Positions 37,631-50,856 are shown, counted from the first letter of the stretch. The stretch: 64,000 nt of DNA from Octopus sinensis (GCF_006345805.1 NC_042999.1:119846001-119910000); one strand, 5' to 3'. The notes: a model not told the origin generated them from the letters alone. Program-made: numbers and translations.

Positions 37631-38949
37631 GTTGATATATTGAATTGGACCAATTGAATCATCCATTTATTATCATCATCTCTTTCTATCAATGTTTACA
37701 CAGAGTATTTAAAAAAATGAACTAACCTATTTAGCATACATGAGTTGTAAAAACGTAGAAAGTTTGGTCACCTACTCCAGATGTTTTCGAAAGACGCTAA
37801 AATGAACGGACAACCAGCTCCCCTTACCTGTCGTCTTCAGAGCCCTACATCCAAGAAACGAAAATTTTCCTCAGGTACTTCTTGCTAAAGTTACAAACTT
37901 ATAGAGATAGTATATTTGCTTGACCACGCCTAAGAATGGATTATAGTTCTGACTCGTCCAAGAAGAAATAGATCAGAACCTTAAGCACGTTGGCGTGTTA
38001 CCCCATTTGTAATATAGGGATGTGCCTTCATACTAACGTACTATTTTATTTTTTAGTTATGATGCTTAGTCTTCTATTTGCACTGCTATTGGCTTCCATA
38101 ACGCATTAATTTTGAAATTATTAGCTTAACTAGTATCAACCTGTAAAGCTTTCAAAAGTTACCAGATGTATTTGATAGTGTACTTCAGCATGGCTGCAGC
38201 TTATCTTAGTATCTGGAATATTGGGTCGGTAGAATAATCCTTATTTGTTGCAGATACTACAAATAATGCATGCATAGCATAATACTTTGATTAGTATATA
38301 ATTCCTTATATTCACATAAGTCGGAAGAAGTTTAATCAAATTTAAAGTTCGTAGTTTCAATGTTCTTCAGCACTGGTGAGTGTATTCTGAGATTTTGCTT
38401 CTATATTGAGCCAATCTGAAACGATGTAAAGGTCTTCTTGATTAAGTTGAAAACAAAATAGTAATAACCAATCTCATAGTTCAAGTATGATACCGTTGTA
38501 AAGTGGTTGCAAAATAAATAACTAAAGGGAATACCGTTTGGACGGAGGAAATTGAAATTATTTCATTTCTGATTGAAGCTTAAAGGTTTTTGTTGAGATC
38601 AAAGGGAAACTACTTGTTGAGATTAAAATCAGCATAGTAATATTGTAGTCAGAAAACAATATTAGAATTTGTGGTGAATTAGATTATTTCATTACATTCT
38701 GGATTCTATTTATGTTTATGTTGCTGTTTAACCCCTCCCTACCCTCAGACCAATCTTGATCAAGAAGTCCTATGAAGAAAGGGGTTCTAACCGTGATCTT
38801 TTCTTTTTTTCTATTTTTGTTTATCTAGGCTATATTAAAGAATGTGTCGTTTCTTTTTAAGAAAATGGTGTATGATTTAATGGAGATTGAGCTACTGCTA
38901 TTTCTAGCAGATTGATCTACGACATAGTGGCTACTGTAATGTCTACTAA

Positions 38950-39357
38950 TTAACCTTTCTACTATAGGCACAAGTCTTGAAATTTAGGGAAGGAGGATAA
39001 TCGATTACATCAATCCCAGTGTTTTACTGGTACTTAATTTATCGACCTAGAAAGGATGAAAGGCAAAGTCGACCTCGGCGGAATTTGAGCTCACAACGTT
39101 GCGACAGGAGAAATACCCATTTCTATTTCTTTACTACCCACAAGGGGCTAAACACAGAGAGGACAAATAAGGACAGACAAACGGATTAAGTCGATTACAT
39201 CGACCCCAGTGCGTAACTGGTACTTAATTTATCGACCCCTAAAGGATGAAAGGCAAAGTCGACCTCGGCGGAATTAGAACTCAGAACGTAACGGTAGACG
39301 AAATAGGGCTACGCATTTCGCCCGGCGTACTAACGTTTCTGCCAGCTCGCCGCCTTA
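38950..39357 (-). mobile_element. Family A SINE dimer
   Basis: Two bodies joined at GAAATACCCATTTC (~39117); head ends at 39357. Confidence 0.88.
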
Positions 39358-39374
39358 TGTCTACTAATTATGTG

Positions 39375-39630
39375 GGCCGTGTTCTTGAGCAAGACACTTT
39401 ATTTTACGTCATTCCAGTTCACGCAGCTGTAGAAATGAGTTGCGGCGTCTCTGGTGCCAAGCTGCACCAGCCTTTGCTTTTCCTTTGGATAACATTGGTG
39501 GTGCGGAGAAGGGAGGCTGGTATGCATGGACGACTGCTGGTCTTCCACAAACAACCTTGTACGGACTTGTGCCTTGGAGGGGAACTTTCTAGGTCCAATC
39601 CCATGATCAATTATGACCGAAGTGGGTGGT
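39375..39630 (+). mobile_element. Family C SINE lacking head
   Basis: TTCTTGAGCAAGACACTTT...CAGCTGTAGAAATGAG...TTTCTAGG..CAATCCC as in 61760-62000. Confidence 0.85.
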
Positions 39631-39778
39631 TTTTTTTCACTAATTATAACTGTATAATTATCTTGAATTAGCAATCTGGAAAATTCAGAAAGTCGTGCTT
39701 TTTTATCTTTTGCTTTGAAAATCAAGGACACATTTCAATTGATTGATTGCCATCTGTCAATAACGACCATATTTAAGA

Positions 39779-40709
39779 CTAGCAGCATAGCCCGGCGTTG
39801 CCCGGGTATATAAGAGCCCCTAGTAGGCAACGACTAATCCCAATCTAGTCCTTTCCCTCTAGGGAACGAAGGGGCATGTGTAGGTTGCAATGTCTTCTCT
39901 TCACTCGAATACTTCTGTGTATACGATGTTCCTAGCTGTCCCTTTGGGCGAAAACATGAAAACATCATTGCGCCTCCCAACGCGTGAACAGCCCACGTAG
40001 AGTTGACCGTGGGCGAAGCACTGTTTTCCCAACTGTAACCCAGCGACTTGTAGCGTTTGGCCTTGGGATTTATTGATGGACATTGCAAAGCAGAGTTTAA
40101 CAGGAAACTGAGAACGCCTGAAGTGGATTGGTAGGTCAGCACCCGACGGTTGAAGGTGCATGCGTGGAATGAAGACGTCCTCTCCCTTCCCACAACCGGT
40201 AAGTATTGTGGCCGTTATTAAATGTGGTGGCAAATGTTTCACAACCACACGTGTGCCGTTGCACTATTTAGGTGGAACCAAACTTTTAACTTCAGGATGT
40301 GTGGCGGCAGGCCTGGCGGTTCAAGTGAATTCAGGAATTCAACAGGATAATCGGCAAGCTCGGCGGGGTCTGCTGTCTTATCAATAGATTTGTGGACGTG
40401 GACATCACCAGGAATAGCTTCAAGTAGCTGGATATTGATGGAGTTGAGAGTTAAAAAGGTCGAGTTGCGTCCCCTAGACAGTCTGTGGTTTGTGTTTCTG
40501 ATTTCGACCCCATGTACAATTTATCAATTTTTTTCAGAATTGGGGGAACTTTTCAAAATGTTCACTGCGTTAGTTTTGAATTATGACATTGGGCTATGTG
40601 TGTGTCAAGTTTCATCAGAATCGGTTGAAAGCCGTGGTCAGGGTGAGGGTACAACCTGACAGACACACAGACACACAGACAGACAAACTGCCGTTTATAT
40701 ATAGAGAGA
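39779..40709 (-). mobile_element. Non-autonomous Helitron (931 bp) carrying a Pif1-like helicase C-terminal fragment
   Basis: 5' A/TCTCTCTATATATAAACGG at 40709; 3' hairpin CCCGGGCAACGCCGGG then CTAG/T at 39779; YPVEFLNSLEPPGLPPH, CNGTRV, QFPVKLCFAMSINKSQGQTL, HGQLYVGCSRV. Confidence 0.93.
39901..40445 (-). pseudogene. Helitron RepHel helicase C-terminal fragment
   Basis: ORF 39901-40248 plus upstream frameshifted INIQLLEAIPGDVHVHKSID...YPVEFLNSL. Confidence 0.9.
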
Positions 40710-42492
40710 TATGCAATATCACTCTTACATAGAGCAGAGGTGTCATTTTATTCTGTATATCCTAGACTGGATGCAAAACAAGAGTGTGATGGAGGGAGGT
40801 AACCTTTGCTTTTAAGTTCCATTCTCTTATTCACCATAAACAAAATAATACAATATTAATACTTTCATTAACATATTGCAGCTGTTTGTGAATTAAACTT
40901 AACACAGGATAATATTTTATTGTTTGCTGCAGTCAATTAAATTGAAATATAGATATTATATATACAACTTAAAAGTAAATGGTTAGATTAATAAACAAAC
41001 CAAACATGACTATAACTTTAAAAACACAGACCGATATTAATTTCACGAATGTCCTTTTATATAAGCCATTTGATCTCCATGTATCACGATGAGGAGAACA
41101 TCTTATAGGAAATTATTTCTATTACAGTCATTTACCCTTTAGTGACACTTCTGCTGAAAGGGCTAAAAGTGGGAGATATTAATTTACAGTTAAAATTAGA
41201 ATATTTGCAACAGAAAAGGCTTTCGAGAATGCATTTATACAGGACATAAACGAATTATGGTATCAGTTTTAAATATGTAAATAACCACTAGAAAATCACA
41301 GTGTTAGAAGAAGCATAGATTCATATTAATTTGGATTATGATACTAAGGACTAGAAAAGGCTTTTAATAATCAAATATGAATGCATGATATTTACACACA
41401 TTTTTACTCGATAAATTGCACACACAAATACATACATAGTCGCCACGCATGCACACACGTTTAAATGATGTCTGTATTACAATAAGGAATATAAAGCATT
41501 CTCTGTTAATGCTCTTAGATATCTGAGTGACTTCTTGAATCGAATTTGTTTACAGTACCCAGCATTTCTCTGCGAATACTATTCATTTTATGCCAAAAGT
41601 TAGTATCCTTCCCTCCCCAAAAGCTTAAATCAGAAACTCAACTGAAACCAGTTTCAAACTTGCGACAAATAGAAGTGGAATTGACATATATTCCAGTTTG
41701 GTTTACAGCCAAATTTATCAATCTTACAAAGAAAATTATCTGCAGACATATCACCAAACTGTATAGATTTTAAAATGTATAGTAACATAACTTTATTGTA
41801 TTTGTACAGATTGAGATGGAGAGAAATATATTGCCATAAATTGGAAAACTTCCAGTTCGACAGAGAAACGGACTGCAAAGTCTGAAATGTTGTAAAATTG
41901 GTGAATAATCAGCAACAATTGGGACTAATTATAAACTGTTTTGTAGTTAAAATTCTCTTTTGACTTATTTTCTTTGAACTTTTTTAAACTCTTATTTTAT
42001 TTTTTGCCAGTTTGATTTCTATTCTGCATCAATAAAAATCACATATATGTTCCATATGGAGAAATAAGTCAAGTTTGTTTTTAATATGCTTAGTAGGTGC
42101 ACCTTAATATCAGAGTATGTTACTTTCAAATATTGATCTCATTTTGTCTATGTATAGAGGCAAAATGGCTGGATGAATAGTGTTGAAATAGCAGCTAATT
42201 AGTTTTAAAATCTAGTGCGTGAGTTTTATTGTATCTCATAGAAAGAGAGAATTCAAAGTAGAGCAGTTAACCCCCACATGGAGAAAAATTATCGGTAGTT
42301 TTGGGAAACGTACAAGTTACTTGGTTACTCATTTAAAAGAGAATATTATCAACAAATGTGAAGCACTTCGCACTGAGGACAATAATCTATTTAGTAAATA
42401 GCAATGTATAATTTTTTTAAACTTGAAAATCACAAGGATATTTACCATACATGCGTATACACATACACAACACAAACACACACATATATATG

Positions 42493-42589
<97 letters not shown>

Positions 42590-42611
42590 AATATATATAT
42601 CTATGTATGCA

Positions 42612-42998
42612 TCTCTCTCTATATAAACGGCAGTTTGTCTGTGCGTGTTTCTGTGTGTCTGTTTTCTCGTACCCTCACCCTGACCACGGCTTTCAACCGA
42701 TTCTGATGAAACTTGACACACACATAGCCCAATGTCATAATTCAAAACTAACGCAGCGAAAATTTTGAAAAGTTCCCCCAGTTCTGAAAAAAATCGATAA
42801 ATTCGACATGGGGTCGAGAATAAAAAAAAACAAACCACAGACTGTCTAGGGGACGCAACTCAACCTTTTTTTACTCTCAAAAAAAAATTTACCATCATTT
42901 TTTTTCCATTTTTTTGCTATTTTTTGGCTATAACTCTCTAAAAATGCTTTATAGTTATTTCCCTTACAAACCTGAGCAACGCCGGGCGATACTGCTAG
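42612..42998 (+). mobile_element. Short non-autonomous Helitron (387 bp)
   Basis: A/TC...CTAG/T termini, 3' GAGCAACGCCGGGC hairpin, 5' half shared with 40470-40709. Confidence 0.9.
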
Positions 42999-43496
42999 TT
43001 CAATATAAAACAATGCACACACACACATACATACACCCACATGTATGCATGTATATATTTATGTATGTATATGTATGCATGCACACGAAGTATGAACAGT
43101 AATGCTGAATACAGATATTGGGATTTGAAATCAGAACTTAAAAACGAAATATTCATCGTATTTCTCCGATGTTTTAGTAATAATGCCCAATGATATTGAT
43201 GTATTTTAACTACAGAAAGCAGAAGCTAGATTTCTCAAGGTCTATATGCAGACATTCTGCCGTCAACTTTAGTAAAATAAATCAAAGCAAAAAAAAATAT
43301 ATATAGTCTTATTTTCCATTTTGTCAGGAAAGTAAAGGCATCCCCTATGACTTAATATTATTTTAGAGGTTTCTGATTTTGTAGTAGAGAGAAAGAAAAT
43401 TATCTGCTAACCAGAAATATTGTCCGAATGTGTTTAACAGCTTCAGCTTTGCTGTATTCATATAATGGTTGGGGAACAAACACAGACACACATATA

Positions 43497-43498
43497 TA

Positions 43499-43535
<37 letters not shown>

Positions 43536-43561
43536 CGATGATGATGATGATGACGATGATG

Positions 43562-43598
<37 letters not shown>

Positions 43599-43600
43599 AA
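43497..43600. repeat. (GAT)n(AAT)n microsatellite
   Basis: Direct reading. Confidence 0.95.
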
Positions 43601-43651
43601 ACTAACAACAAAAGAATAAGACTTCGAGACTAGATAAATAAAGGATTATAT

Positions 43652-43832
43652 ATATATATATATATATATATACGACAGGCTTCTTTCAGTTTCCGTCTAC
43701 CAAATTCACTCACAAGGCATTGGTCGGCCCAAGGCTATGGTAGGAGACACTTGCCCAAGATGCCACGCAGCGGGACTGAACTCGGAACCATGTGGTTAGG
43801 AAGCAAGTTTCTTACCACTGAGCCACTCCTGC
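43652..43832 (-). mobile_element. Family B SINE 5' half
   Basis: Reverse complement GCAGGAGTGGCTCAGTGGTAAG...GAGTTCAGTCCC...CTTGGGCAAGTGTCT. Confidence 0.85.
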
Positions 43833-44157
43833 ATGATCCCTTTCTCTTTTTGATTCAGAGCTAATTTTAACCGGACTTCTTTTTGATGTCAAGCTTGTAA
43901 AGAAATACACTTTGTTTTCTACATCATCCTTAAACTCTTAAGGAACTCTTCCAGATTTTTATTGCCCTAGGTACTGTGATCATTGTAGTGTATGAATTAA
44001 GGATCTGCATTCTCTCCCCAAAATCCCAGCTTCAGTCATACTTCACTCCATTTGGTTTGTAGGTATCCTGTTGCACCAGTAATAATAGGTACGCAACTGA
44101 GAATGTATATTAGGGACTGAATTTACCTTTTTTCATTATGTGTATTGCTAGATTTTG

Positions 44158-44200
<43 letters not shown>

Positions 44201-44576
44201 CCCCATAAAAAAATTGCACATACACGCACACCTACACTTGTATGCAAATTTTCTTTCAAATTTAAGCTCTCCTACTTGGTGTTCAAGCTCATCTCTGACA
44301 ATGTGACAAGACATTTTATGCAAAGAGTATTTTCGGCATTTATAAGTATAAGGGATTCAGAGAATGTGTACTCATATGTCGATGTGTATACACCCCTGCA
44401 CTAATAGGCTAAAATTGTGTATACTTGTCTCCCTCGCTTTACTTGTCTGTCTGCATGTACGTACGTATGTATGTATATATGCATGCATTTATGTATGTAT
44501 ATATATATATATGTGTATGTATATGCATATGTATATATATTATATATAATATATATATATATTATATATATATATA

Positions 44577-44960
44577 TCTCTATATAAACGGCAGTTTGTC
44601 TGTGCGTGTTTCTGTGTGTCTGTTTTCTCGTACCCTCACCCTGACCACGGCTTTCAACCGATTCTGATGAAACTTGACACACACATAGCCCAATGTCATA
44701 ATTCAAAACTAACGCAGCGAAAATTTTGAAAAGTTCCCCCAGTTCTGAAAAAAATCGATAAATTCGACATGGGGTCGAGAATAAAAAAAAACAAACCACA
44801 GACTGTCTAGGGGACGCAACTCAACCTTTTATTACTCTCAAAAAAAAAATTTACCATCATTTTTTTTCCATTTTTTGGCTATTTTTTGGCTATAACTCTC
44901 TAAAAATGCTTTATAGTTATTTCCCTTACAAACCTGAGCAACGCCGGGCGATACTGCTAG
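44577..44960 (+). mobile_element. Short non-autonomous Helitron (384 bp), near-identical to 42612-42998
   Basis: Same termini and diagnostic variants; different flanks. Confidence 0.9.
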
Positions 44961-46199
44961 TATACATATATGCGTATGTATGTATATAGTACATGTAGCC
45001 GCTTTAGAAAAAAATGAACTATATTTCCACTCTTCTTTAAGAAAAGAGACATTATGACATCTAAACTTTGTCCAAGGACAGTAAAGACTTACATAAAACG
45101 AATTTGCATCAACAAAAATTTGAAATCGTCTCGCCTTGGTATTTTTTGAAGCGCCCTTATTGAAGAAGAGAAATATCACTGTTATCAATAATAGCTATAA
45201 ATATCTAACAATTCGTGTTTCACTTCATTGGTGCCGTCTCAGAAAACTATATCTCTTTGTCATTTTAATTTCCAAACTTTTTCATCGATTGTTAACAATA
45301 AATGGTTAAGCTGTCACGTACTGAGAGAATATGTAAATCCAGATAACTACACGAAACTGTTTGTTTTACAGTATTGTACGCCTCTTAATGTCAATTATAT
45401 AGCACATATACATTCTCGCAGATACTTAACTATTTATATATTAAAGAATTTAGCAGAACAAAAGGTTCGGCAGAAAAGCCATGAGCTTAAATATTGAGAC
45501 GCACACACACATACACACACACTATCTCTCTCTCTCTCTCTCTCTCACACACCACACACACACACACACGTATGAAATAATCTCTGGATTTTGAACATGA
45601 AATTGATAACAAATTTTTCGGAAACCTCTTGGGTCCATCATGTCCCTTTTACACGTCTTAACTCTCTAGTTGCAAAATTCATTACAGTATTATCAAGAAA
45701 TAACATTTCATGAATACAAAGCACTGTAACTGACAAAACCCAATGGGTAAATAGAATGGGAAATTTAAATTTGATTTGACTGTGAATGAACTGAAAATTA
45801 CTTATAATTAAATGCTGCAGGAAAATTGTGTGAGAGAGAGAGAGAGCGAGAGAGCGAGAGAGAGAGAGAGAGATAGAGAGAGAGAGAGACAGATAGACAG
45901 ACAGGCAGAGACAGAGAAAGATAGAGAGAAAACGAGAGAGAAGTAAATATTAAAAATATTAAAAATGAATAAATAAAGAGATAAGAGCGAGGTGAAACAA
46001 TGGCAACTCTCAGTGGATTATTTGTGGATGAGGAGACAAATGGTCAAAGATTGATGTGTAAGATCAATACCCATATATCAGCTTGGTTATATAAAGTTTT
46101 AGTTGGCTTTACGAATACATTGTACACACACACCTACATACTTGTGTGTATGTATATCTTATCAAGGTGTAGGCGCCGTGTAAAGAATAATAGGAGAAG

Positions 46200-46690
46200 G
46201 TACATGATTAACTGCTGATAATATTTATGTAGGAAGTGAACGTGAGTGGATTCCATGAGCATGTAAATAATAGCGAGCAAAGATGGCTGCCAAGATCCTG
46301 TGACGTACGGGATCCACAGCGATCGAGACTACTTTCGACTGAAGAGGATGTATTTCTTGAGATTTGAAGATGATATCCAAATTGTTGCTGCGTAATGAGC
46401 GAGGTCATAGAAATCGAAAGATTGGGAAGGAGTATTTCAAATGTCTAGGAAGAGGTGAGAATTGAGAAGGTAGGAGTGGGCTTGTACAGAAGACTGGTGA
46501 CCGTTTAGAGATCTAAAGATGTGATGGAGATATCAAGGAATCTGATGGGTATTTGAGATATAATTGTAATGAATTCTGGAGTAGAGAGAAAGAAATGAAT
46601 GTCAAAAATAATGTATAATAGAGTTGATGGCAAGGCTGGTTATTCCGATGCGCTGGTTACTATAACGGCCATGTAGCACTGCGTTAGCTA
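46200..46690 (-). mobile_element. Penelope-like element RT fragment, decayed
   Basis: Ordered remnants YII.D, IRFLDISI, TSLLYKPT, S.PRH.KYS.P..FL..R match the PLE RT C-terminal motifs YIDD, FLD, YxKPT, SSHPxHxKxSIPYSQFLRLRR. Confidence 0.6.
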
Positions 46691-46929
46691 CAGTGAACCA
46701 GACAAAGAAGGGTATCTCAGTGTAATGTAGACAGAAGATTACGTAGTGTTCATGACATATAAAATTCATATGCATACGTATACGAGTATATGTGCAGTGA
46801 ATGCGTATGTCTGCAAGCATGGCTGTGTGTTTCTTGATATGTGTCTGTTAATTTATTATTCGTGAGAATATAGGAGGAAGTGCCGAAAATCCCTCGCTTT
46901 TGGTAAAATAATATACAGGAGGATCAGTT

Positions 46930-47075
46930 AAGTATGATTTTATTCAGCATATTCCGCTCTCAGATTCACACGCATATTACAGCAGTCCTTCAGTTTTTCT
47001 AAGTCCTGTAAAAGAACTCGGAAGGTTGGGCCTCCAGCCAGGCCTTTAGCGACATCCTTACAGCCATGTACTTTT
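46930..47075 (-). mobile_element. Mariner-like 3' end fragment
   Basis: Minus strand GAAAAACTGAAGGAC.GCTG.AATA..CGTGTGAATCTGAGAGCGGAATATG resembles a C-terminal L.EKL..RC..CV.LRGEYVE. Confidence 0.45.
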
Positions 47076-47580
47076 TCAACACTCCCTCGTACATGTGCTT
47101 ATATAAAAGCGTTGTCAGGTCAGTAGTTTGACTCTAACCGTTCGCATGCGCAATCATAGACTTGTAATCATATGTCACAAAAAAGATCACTCGCTACTTA
47201 AAACTGACCAGTATCCCGTTATTGACTTTTTCTAACGTTTCTGTTACATCAAGCTTTTCTGTTCTTCGCTTTAAACCACGCCACCACAAGAATTCTCTAA
47301 ATTTCTCATGGAATCATTTTTTCTTTCTCTACTCATTTCAATTTCGTGCATATACAATAATTGTTCTGTGTAATTTCCTGTTATTATTAATTGTCTGTGC
47401 TTTTGTGCACAAAGGATAAAAGGACATCGCTTCTTGCTTAGCAAATACAAACATTGTACCAAATTACAAAAAAACTCTGCTTCTCCCAACCGGATATGTA
47501 CTTAAAAAGTAACTTAGACATTATGAATAAATACATTTATTGCTGACGTAATTTACGACAAATTTTTGTGGTTGCTATGC

Positions 47581-47581
<1 letters not shown>

Positions 47582-47626
<45 letters not shown>

Positions 47627-47742
47627 ACACACACACACATACACAAGCAGACACACATGCACACACACACATATCGACTTAAAATCCAGGAAAGCCAGTA
47701 TAAATGTGTGTGTGCGTTAGTATATGTGTATATTCTAGTATG

Positions 47743-47802
<60 letters not shown>
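47582..47802. repeat. (CA)n/(TA)n array
   Basis: Direct reading. Confidence 0.95.
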
Positions 47803-48030
47803 AAATAAGAAAATGGAGAAATACATCGAAATCAAATATCAATTACCAGATAATACTCAATCACATACTTTATTAAACCACCACATAAGAAACTATAAGG
47901 TTAAGCATAATAATGTAGAACAAAACAGTGTACATAAAGGAGTGTACATAAAAGAGTAATGTTATACAATAAATAGAATATGTATAAGGGAATGTAAATA
48001 TAAGTACATATAAATATAAATATAGACTAC

Positions 48031-48157
48031 ATCTTACAGCTGTTTCGGCCATGTAGATAAGTATGTCTCATTTTACTTATATTAGCCATTTATGGTAGGT
48101 CAATATGTAGTTATAAATCAGACATTTACAAAAATATCCTAAGGCCTCTTCGGAGAT
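48031..48157 (-). ncRNA. Degenerate type I hammerhead-like motif with 92-nt loop II
   Basis: AUCU-CCGAAGA-GGCC(92 nt)GGCC-GAAA-CAGCUG-UA-AGAU; U4 replaced by C. Confidence 0.5.
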
Positions 48158-48344
48158 TATGTGATACAAATCAGATTACATACATAATTATACATGTGTG
48201 GGTACATACCCATAATAAAACATATACATATACATATGAGTGCATATACTCATACTCCTATACATATAAATATACATATACATAACTGTAACATTGAATA
48301 TGGAACATATGTATGTTTATTAATTTATATTATTTATATCATTA

Positions 48345-48640
48345 TGTATATGTATATTTTGTAGTCTTCGAATTAGATTTTTACTTTCTGGTTTTGAGAA
48401 GCCTAATTTCTGAAGATTGGTATTTAGACAATGTCTTACATATCCTGGGGCCCCAATAATTACAGATATAAACCTGAACTCGTAATTTTGATAGAGTAGC
48501 TTTCTGAATAGTTCAGCGTAGGATTTCTCTTTTTCACTGATATTCAAACTTATGTTAACATCCGCTGGGCAGCTAATTTCCACAACTGTGCACAGATTCT
48601 CTTCTCTATCCCAAATCCTTATATCAGGTATGCGTGCATA
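48345..48640 (-). mobile_element. RLE endonuclease C-terminal fragment of a non-LTR retrotransposon
   Basis: IPDIRIWDREENLCTVVEISCPADVNI..EK..YAEL..FISVIIGAPGYV (PD-(D/E)xK type). Confidence 0.8.
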
Positions 48641-48797
48641 CATGCATGCATGTTCACGTATAATACTGGTGTTAAGCAGAAACGAATGTGCTTCTCATAG
48701 TGTATCGTAAATGAGTGCATAGCTCCTTCTTGTGCTTCTGGATGATACTACCTGAACTGATGACAACTGGATTTACTGATTTGTGTACGAGTATTTG

Positions 48798-48832
<35 letters not shown>

Positions 48833-49092
48833 GCGTGCGTGCATGTGAATGCCAAAATATGTCTTTCATATACTTTAACGTGAATGAGTGCTCAAATATT
48901 TAATACCAATATTGCTATGCTTTATGTCATTAATGGTGTATTGTGTGGAGGTCTGCGTGTGCTCGCTTGAGGTGTACGAAGATACCAGAGAAAGATGGCT
49001 GGTGAATTAATACCGAGGAGGGTTTGGAGAGAAAAATAAAACGCTCTTCTAAACGACACCTAGGGCTAGCAGATCCATTTTATATGACTTAC

Positions 49093-49268
49093 AATTCAGT
49101 TTCCATATCGTTTCAGGTAATGTGTCTGTCACCGTACATTTAAATGATGTTAAGTTTCCGTGTTCCTGATGTAGGACACTTTTAAAGTTTGTTGCAATGG
49201 AACTAAGTATGCCGTAGTTGTGTGTAGAATACTTAAGATGATTAGGAATATACTTATAAGAAATAGGA
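49093..49268 (-). CDS. Candidate internal exon (exon 3 of a putative gene)
   Basis: Acceptor CCTTCTTTCCTCTGCAACAG, 176 nt open (58 codons plus phase bases), donor GTAAGT; phase 2 in, phase 1 out. Confidence 0.35.
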
Positions 49269-50013
49269 CTGTTGCAGAGGAAAGAAGGTAGTTTTCTAGA
49301 AACGCAAATTAGTAATGGCTCACTTTCATTGAAACTACTTTAACAATCATAGTATTCTCTCGCTGCTTCTTATAAAATTAGAGTTAACAAAGTTTACACA
49401 GTTTTTAAAATAGAAATGTTTTTAGGGTTTACTTTGAAATAGACTTTTAATTAACAACAAAAAATATAATTGACTAGATGTGAAATGAAAGTTGTAGTTA
49501 ACATGCATATGAATGTGTGTGTGTGCGTATGTGTGTGTGTGTGTGCGTGCGCGCGCACGCGCTGTAAACACGTGTACTTATATTTTTTACTATGACAAGG
49601 AAGTAAAACAAGTATGAAAGCTAAGGTTTATATTAGATATTGTGCGATGGTTTATAAAGGAGTCATTTTTCAGGGATACTAGTATTTTAAAAACATTTAT
49701 TTATCTAGCTTAACTTGTTGAATTCCAGATTAGTTTTTCGTCATAAACAGACAAGACGAATAACAAATATTAAACTGCTTGAATAAATAATACTCTGACG
49801 AGTAAATCTCTTATATCACATATATTCTATGTTTATACACCTACCCTTGCATTTTATATATTATCCATATGACTAGGGTTTCTACTTAATTTTTAATTTA
49901 ATTCATTTGTTCCCGACGTCGACTCTATCAGTCTCTTCTTTGAAAAGTACTAAACATTATTCTTGTACCAGATTCCTCAGAATCAAATTTGGTTGTCCAA
50001 ACTTTTGACTTAC

Positions 50014-50089
50014 TCATGAGAACGTTTATCTAATAGGGAAGTTTTCATTCCATAGATATACTTTCCAGTAGCTGTCATATCAATTATCT
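50014..50089 (-). CDS. Candidate internal exon (exon 2)
   Basis: Acceptor CACTTTCACTTAATAG, 76 nt, donor GTAAGT; phase 1 in, phase 2 out; EIIDMTATGKYIYGMKTSLLDKRSH. Confidence 0.3.
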
Positions 50090-50792
50090 CTATTAAGTGA
50101 AAGTGACTCATATTTCTAAACATGTGTGTTGATACCATTAACTAATACATCACCGTTCTTGAATTAAAAATAGTAGTTGTGCGTTCAGATGTATTTAACG
50201 AGTATGTATCTAGAGACTAAAGACACGGAAAAAATAAACGGAGAATATATAAAAAGGGAGAGAAAATCTACAGAAACACAACATAATTTTTGTACCACCG
50301 ACCCAAATCTCTCGTACCGTTGTAATTATTATTTGAAAAACATAAGCATCTAATTACTTTGTATTTTCTAACTACGTTAGATTTTCATGAAAACTCACTT
50401 GGGAGTTGTAACACTTAATCATGATAAAACGATACTGAATTCGATGTGTTTTCATCATTGGCTTTAAGTTAATTGTAATCTCAACTATATATATATTTTA
50501 AGTATATTAGACATTTGATCAAACTTGACGTTTCTACAGTAAATGGAATATTTGCATTCCTAATTAGGGAAGTTTTAATCTAGTAACATTCAAATATATT
50601 TCATTATAACCGTAACTGTTTTTCTCAAACTAATGGCGAGTAGTTGCCGAAAGAAGTTTAGTAATGTGTGAAAGAATGTTAGTAGCGTGTGACATAACAC
50701 TGGCCAACAACTTTTTTTCTGCTGACCCAAGATTGAGACCTGTTTTCGGGTAACTTGGAATCACTGAATTTTAAAACAACAATAGTTCTTAC

Positions 50793-50856
50793 CTATCACG
50801 TCGAGTTTTGTTCCTATGGGTTGGCCCATATTGCCTCCCACCCCTAGTAGCTCCAT
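50793..50856 (-). CDS. Candidate first coding exon
   Basis: AAACATGG start context with an in-frame stop 2 codons upstream; MELLGVGGNMGQPIGTKLDVI; donor AG/GTAAGA, phase 1. Confidence 0.3.
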
